Part shown: positions 63,310 through 64,000 of the stretch, one piece after another
How positions within the stretch are numbered: the stretch's first letter is position 1
Layout of the letters: each line of letters opens with the position of its first letter
Source: an uncultured Candidatus Saccharibacteria bacterium
Lineage (GTDB): Bacteria > Patescibacteriota > Minisyncoccia > Minisyncoccales > CG1-02-41-26
Reading direction: 5' to 3'
Assembly: GCA_964562675.1 (NCBI GenBank)
Contig: CAZLUG010000002.1
Location: forward strand, 5,852-69,851
DNA: 64,000 bases
Position numbers and translations under genes: made by a program
Notes under the pieces: generated by a model
Told to the model about the DNA's origin: nothing
Databases searched by the model: none
Seen by the model: only the letters and a program-made list of their open reading frames with translations

Positions 63310-64000
63310 ATGCTTAAACAAACTAGGCAACAAAAAATCAAGGAACTCTTGACAAGAGGAGTGGAAAATGTCATTGAACGAAAAAGCCTTCTGCGAAAGC
63401 TTCATTCGAGCCAGAAATTGCGGATAAAGCACGGCGTTGACCCTACCGGACCTCGAATTCATCTCGGGAGAGCCATTCAATTATGGAAACTGCGGGAGTT
63501 TCAAGAGCTCGGCCATCAAGTAGTGATTATCATTGGTGACTTCACTGCTCAAATTGGCGATGCTTCAGATAAAACAGCGATGAGAAAACCTTTAAGCAAG
63601 GAAGAGGTTGAAAAAAACTTAAAAGATTACAAATATCAAATAGGAAAAATTTTAGACCTCAAAAAAGTGGAGTTTCACCGAAACTCGGAATGGTTAGCAA
63701 ATCTCTCTCTGCAAAAACTTCTTCCGCTGGCAATGAAATTTACGGCTCAGCAAATGATTCAAAGAAGAAACTTTAAAGAAAGATGGGAAAAAGCAAAGCC
63801 CATCGGCGTACACGAACTTTTGTATCCTATTCTTCAAGGGTATGATTCGTTGCAGATTAAAGCTGATGTCGAAATAGGGGGGACAGATCAACTCTTCAAT
63901 TTGAAAGTAGGCAGGGATATTCAAAGGCTTTATGGCCAATCACCTCAAGATATTATGACGACAAAGATGCTTTACGGCCTAGACCAACGCAAAATGTCAA
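63310..64000 (+). CDS. tyrS: tyrosyl-tRNA synthetase (3' end truncated by window)
   Basis: GVDPTGPRIHLGR (HIGH region), LQGYD, GGTDQLFN and ...KMS at the window edge (start of KMSKS). Confidence 0.85.
   Translation, partial: MLKQTRQQKIKELLTRGVENVIERKSLLRKLHSSQKLRIKHGVDPTGPRIHLGRAIQLWKLREFQELGHQVVIIIGDFTAQIGDASDKTAMRKPLSKEEVEKNLKDYKYQIGKILDLKKVEFHRNSEWLANLSLQKLLPLAMKFTAQQMIQRRNFKERWEKAKPIGVHELLYPILQGYDSLQIKADVEIGGTDQLFNLKVGRDIQRLYGQSPQDIMTTKMLYGLDQRKMS

Noticed and set aside
1-64000. CRISPR arrays, rRNA genes, prophage structural genes
   Set aside because: No regularly spaced direct repeats and no rRNA-like conserved stretches. No capsid, terminase or integrase genes apart from the decayed IS transposase. 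None supported.

Overview
This is a low-GC (~35%) bacterial fragment with the hallmarks of a Patescibacteria/CPR genome: L30 is absent from the spc cluster, several r-proteins carry lysine-rich extensions, proteins are small and streamlined, and most genes lack Shine-Dalgarno motifs. Positions ~800-30,900 are a + strand ribosomal superoperon. Its order is rpmB (minus strand), then rpsL-rpsG-fusA-tuf-rpsJ-rplCDWB-rpsS-rplV-rpsC-rplP-rpmC-rpsQ-rplNXE-rpsN(Z)-rpsH-rplFR-rpsE-rplO-secY-adk-map, a ~7 kb insertion, then infA-rpmJ-rpsMK-rpsD-rpoA-rplQ-rplM-rpsI. The insertion carries galT-like, tpiA, alaS and two hypothetical genes. Downstream are cell-wall and shape genes (murA, mreB, murC), holB, frr, ileS and tyrS (partial). 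A DNA-end-processing cluster holds xseA-xseB, a UvrD-like helicase fused to a Cas4-like Fe-S nuclease, and a PolX-N-like HhH protein. An AmmeMemoRadiSam three-gene system follows, then an acyl-CoA synthetase, a degraded IS481-like element, and an accessory island (53.9-61.2 kb). The island holds a LuxI-family N-acyl synthase, a 7TM sensor histidine kinase plus a kinase-less sensor paralog, and three SAM methyltransferases, two of them membrane-anchored paralogs. The three most unusual observations are as follows. (1) A complete histidine-phosphatase (PGAM/RHG-motif) domain is inserted into the catalytic core of a type-2 isoleucyl-tRNA synthetase. (2) A 63-bp perfect direct duplication of the rpsD 5' end flanks a GC-rich multi-hairpin RNA element, creating a 59-codon upstream ORF. 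(3) An autoinducer-synthase-like enzyme sits beside a sensor kinase in a CPR-like genome. One tRNA-Pro(GGG) is present. No CRISPR array or rRNA was seen.
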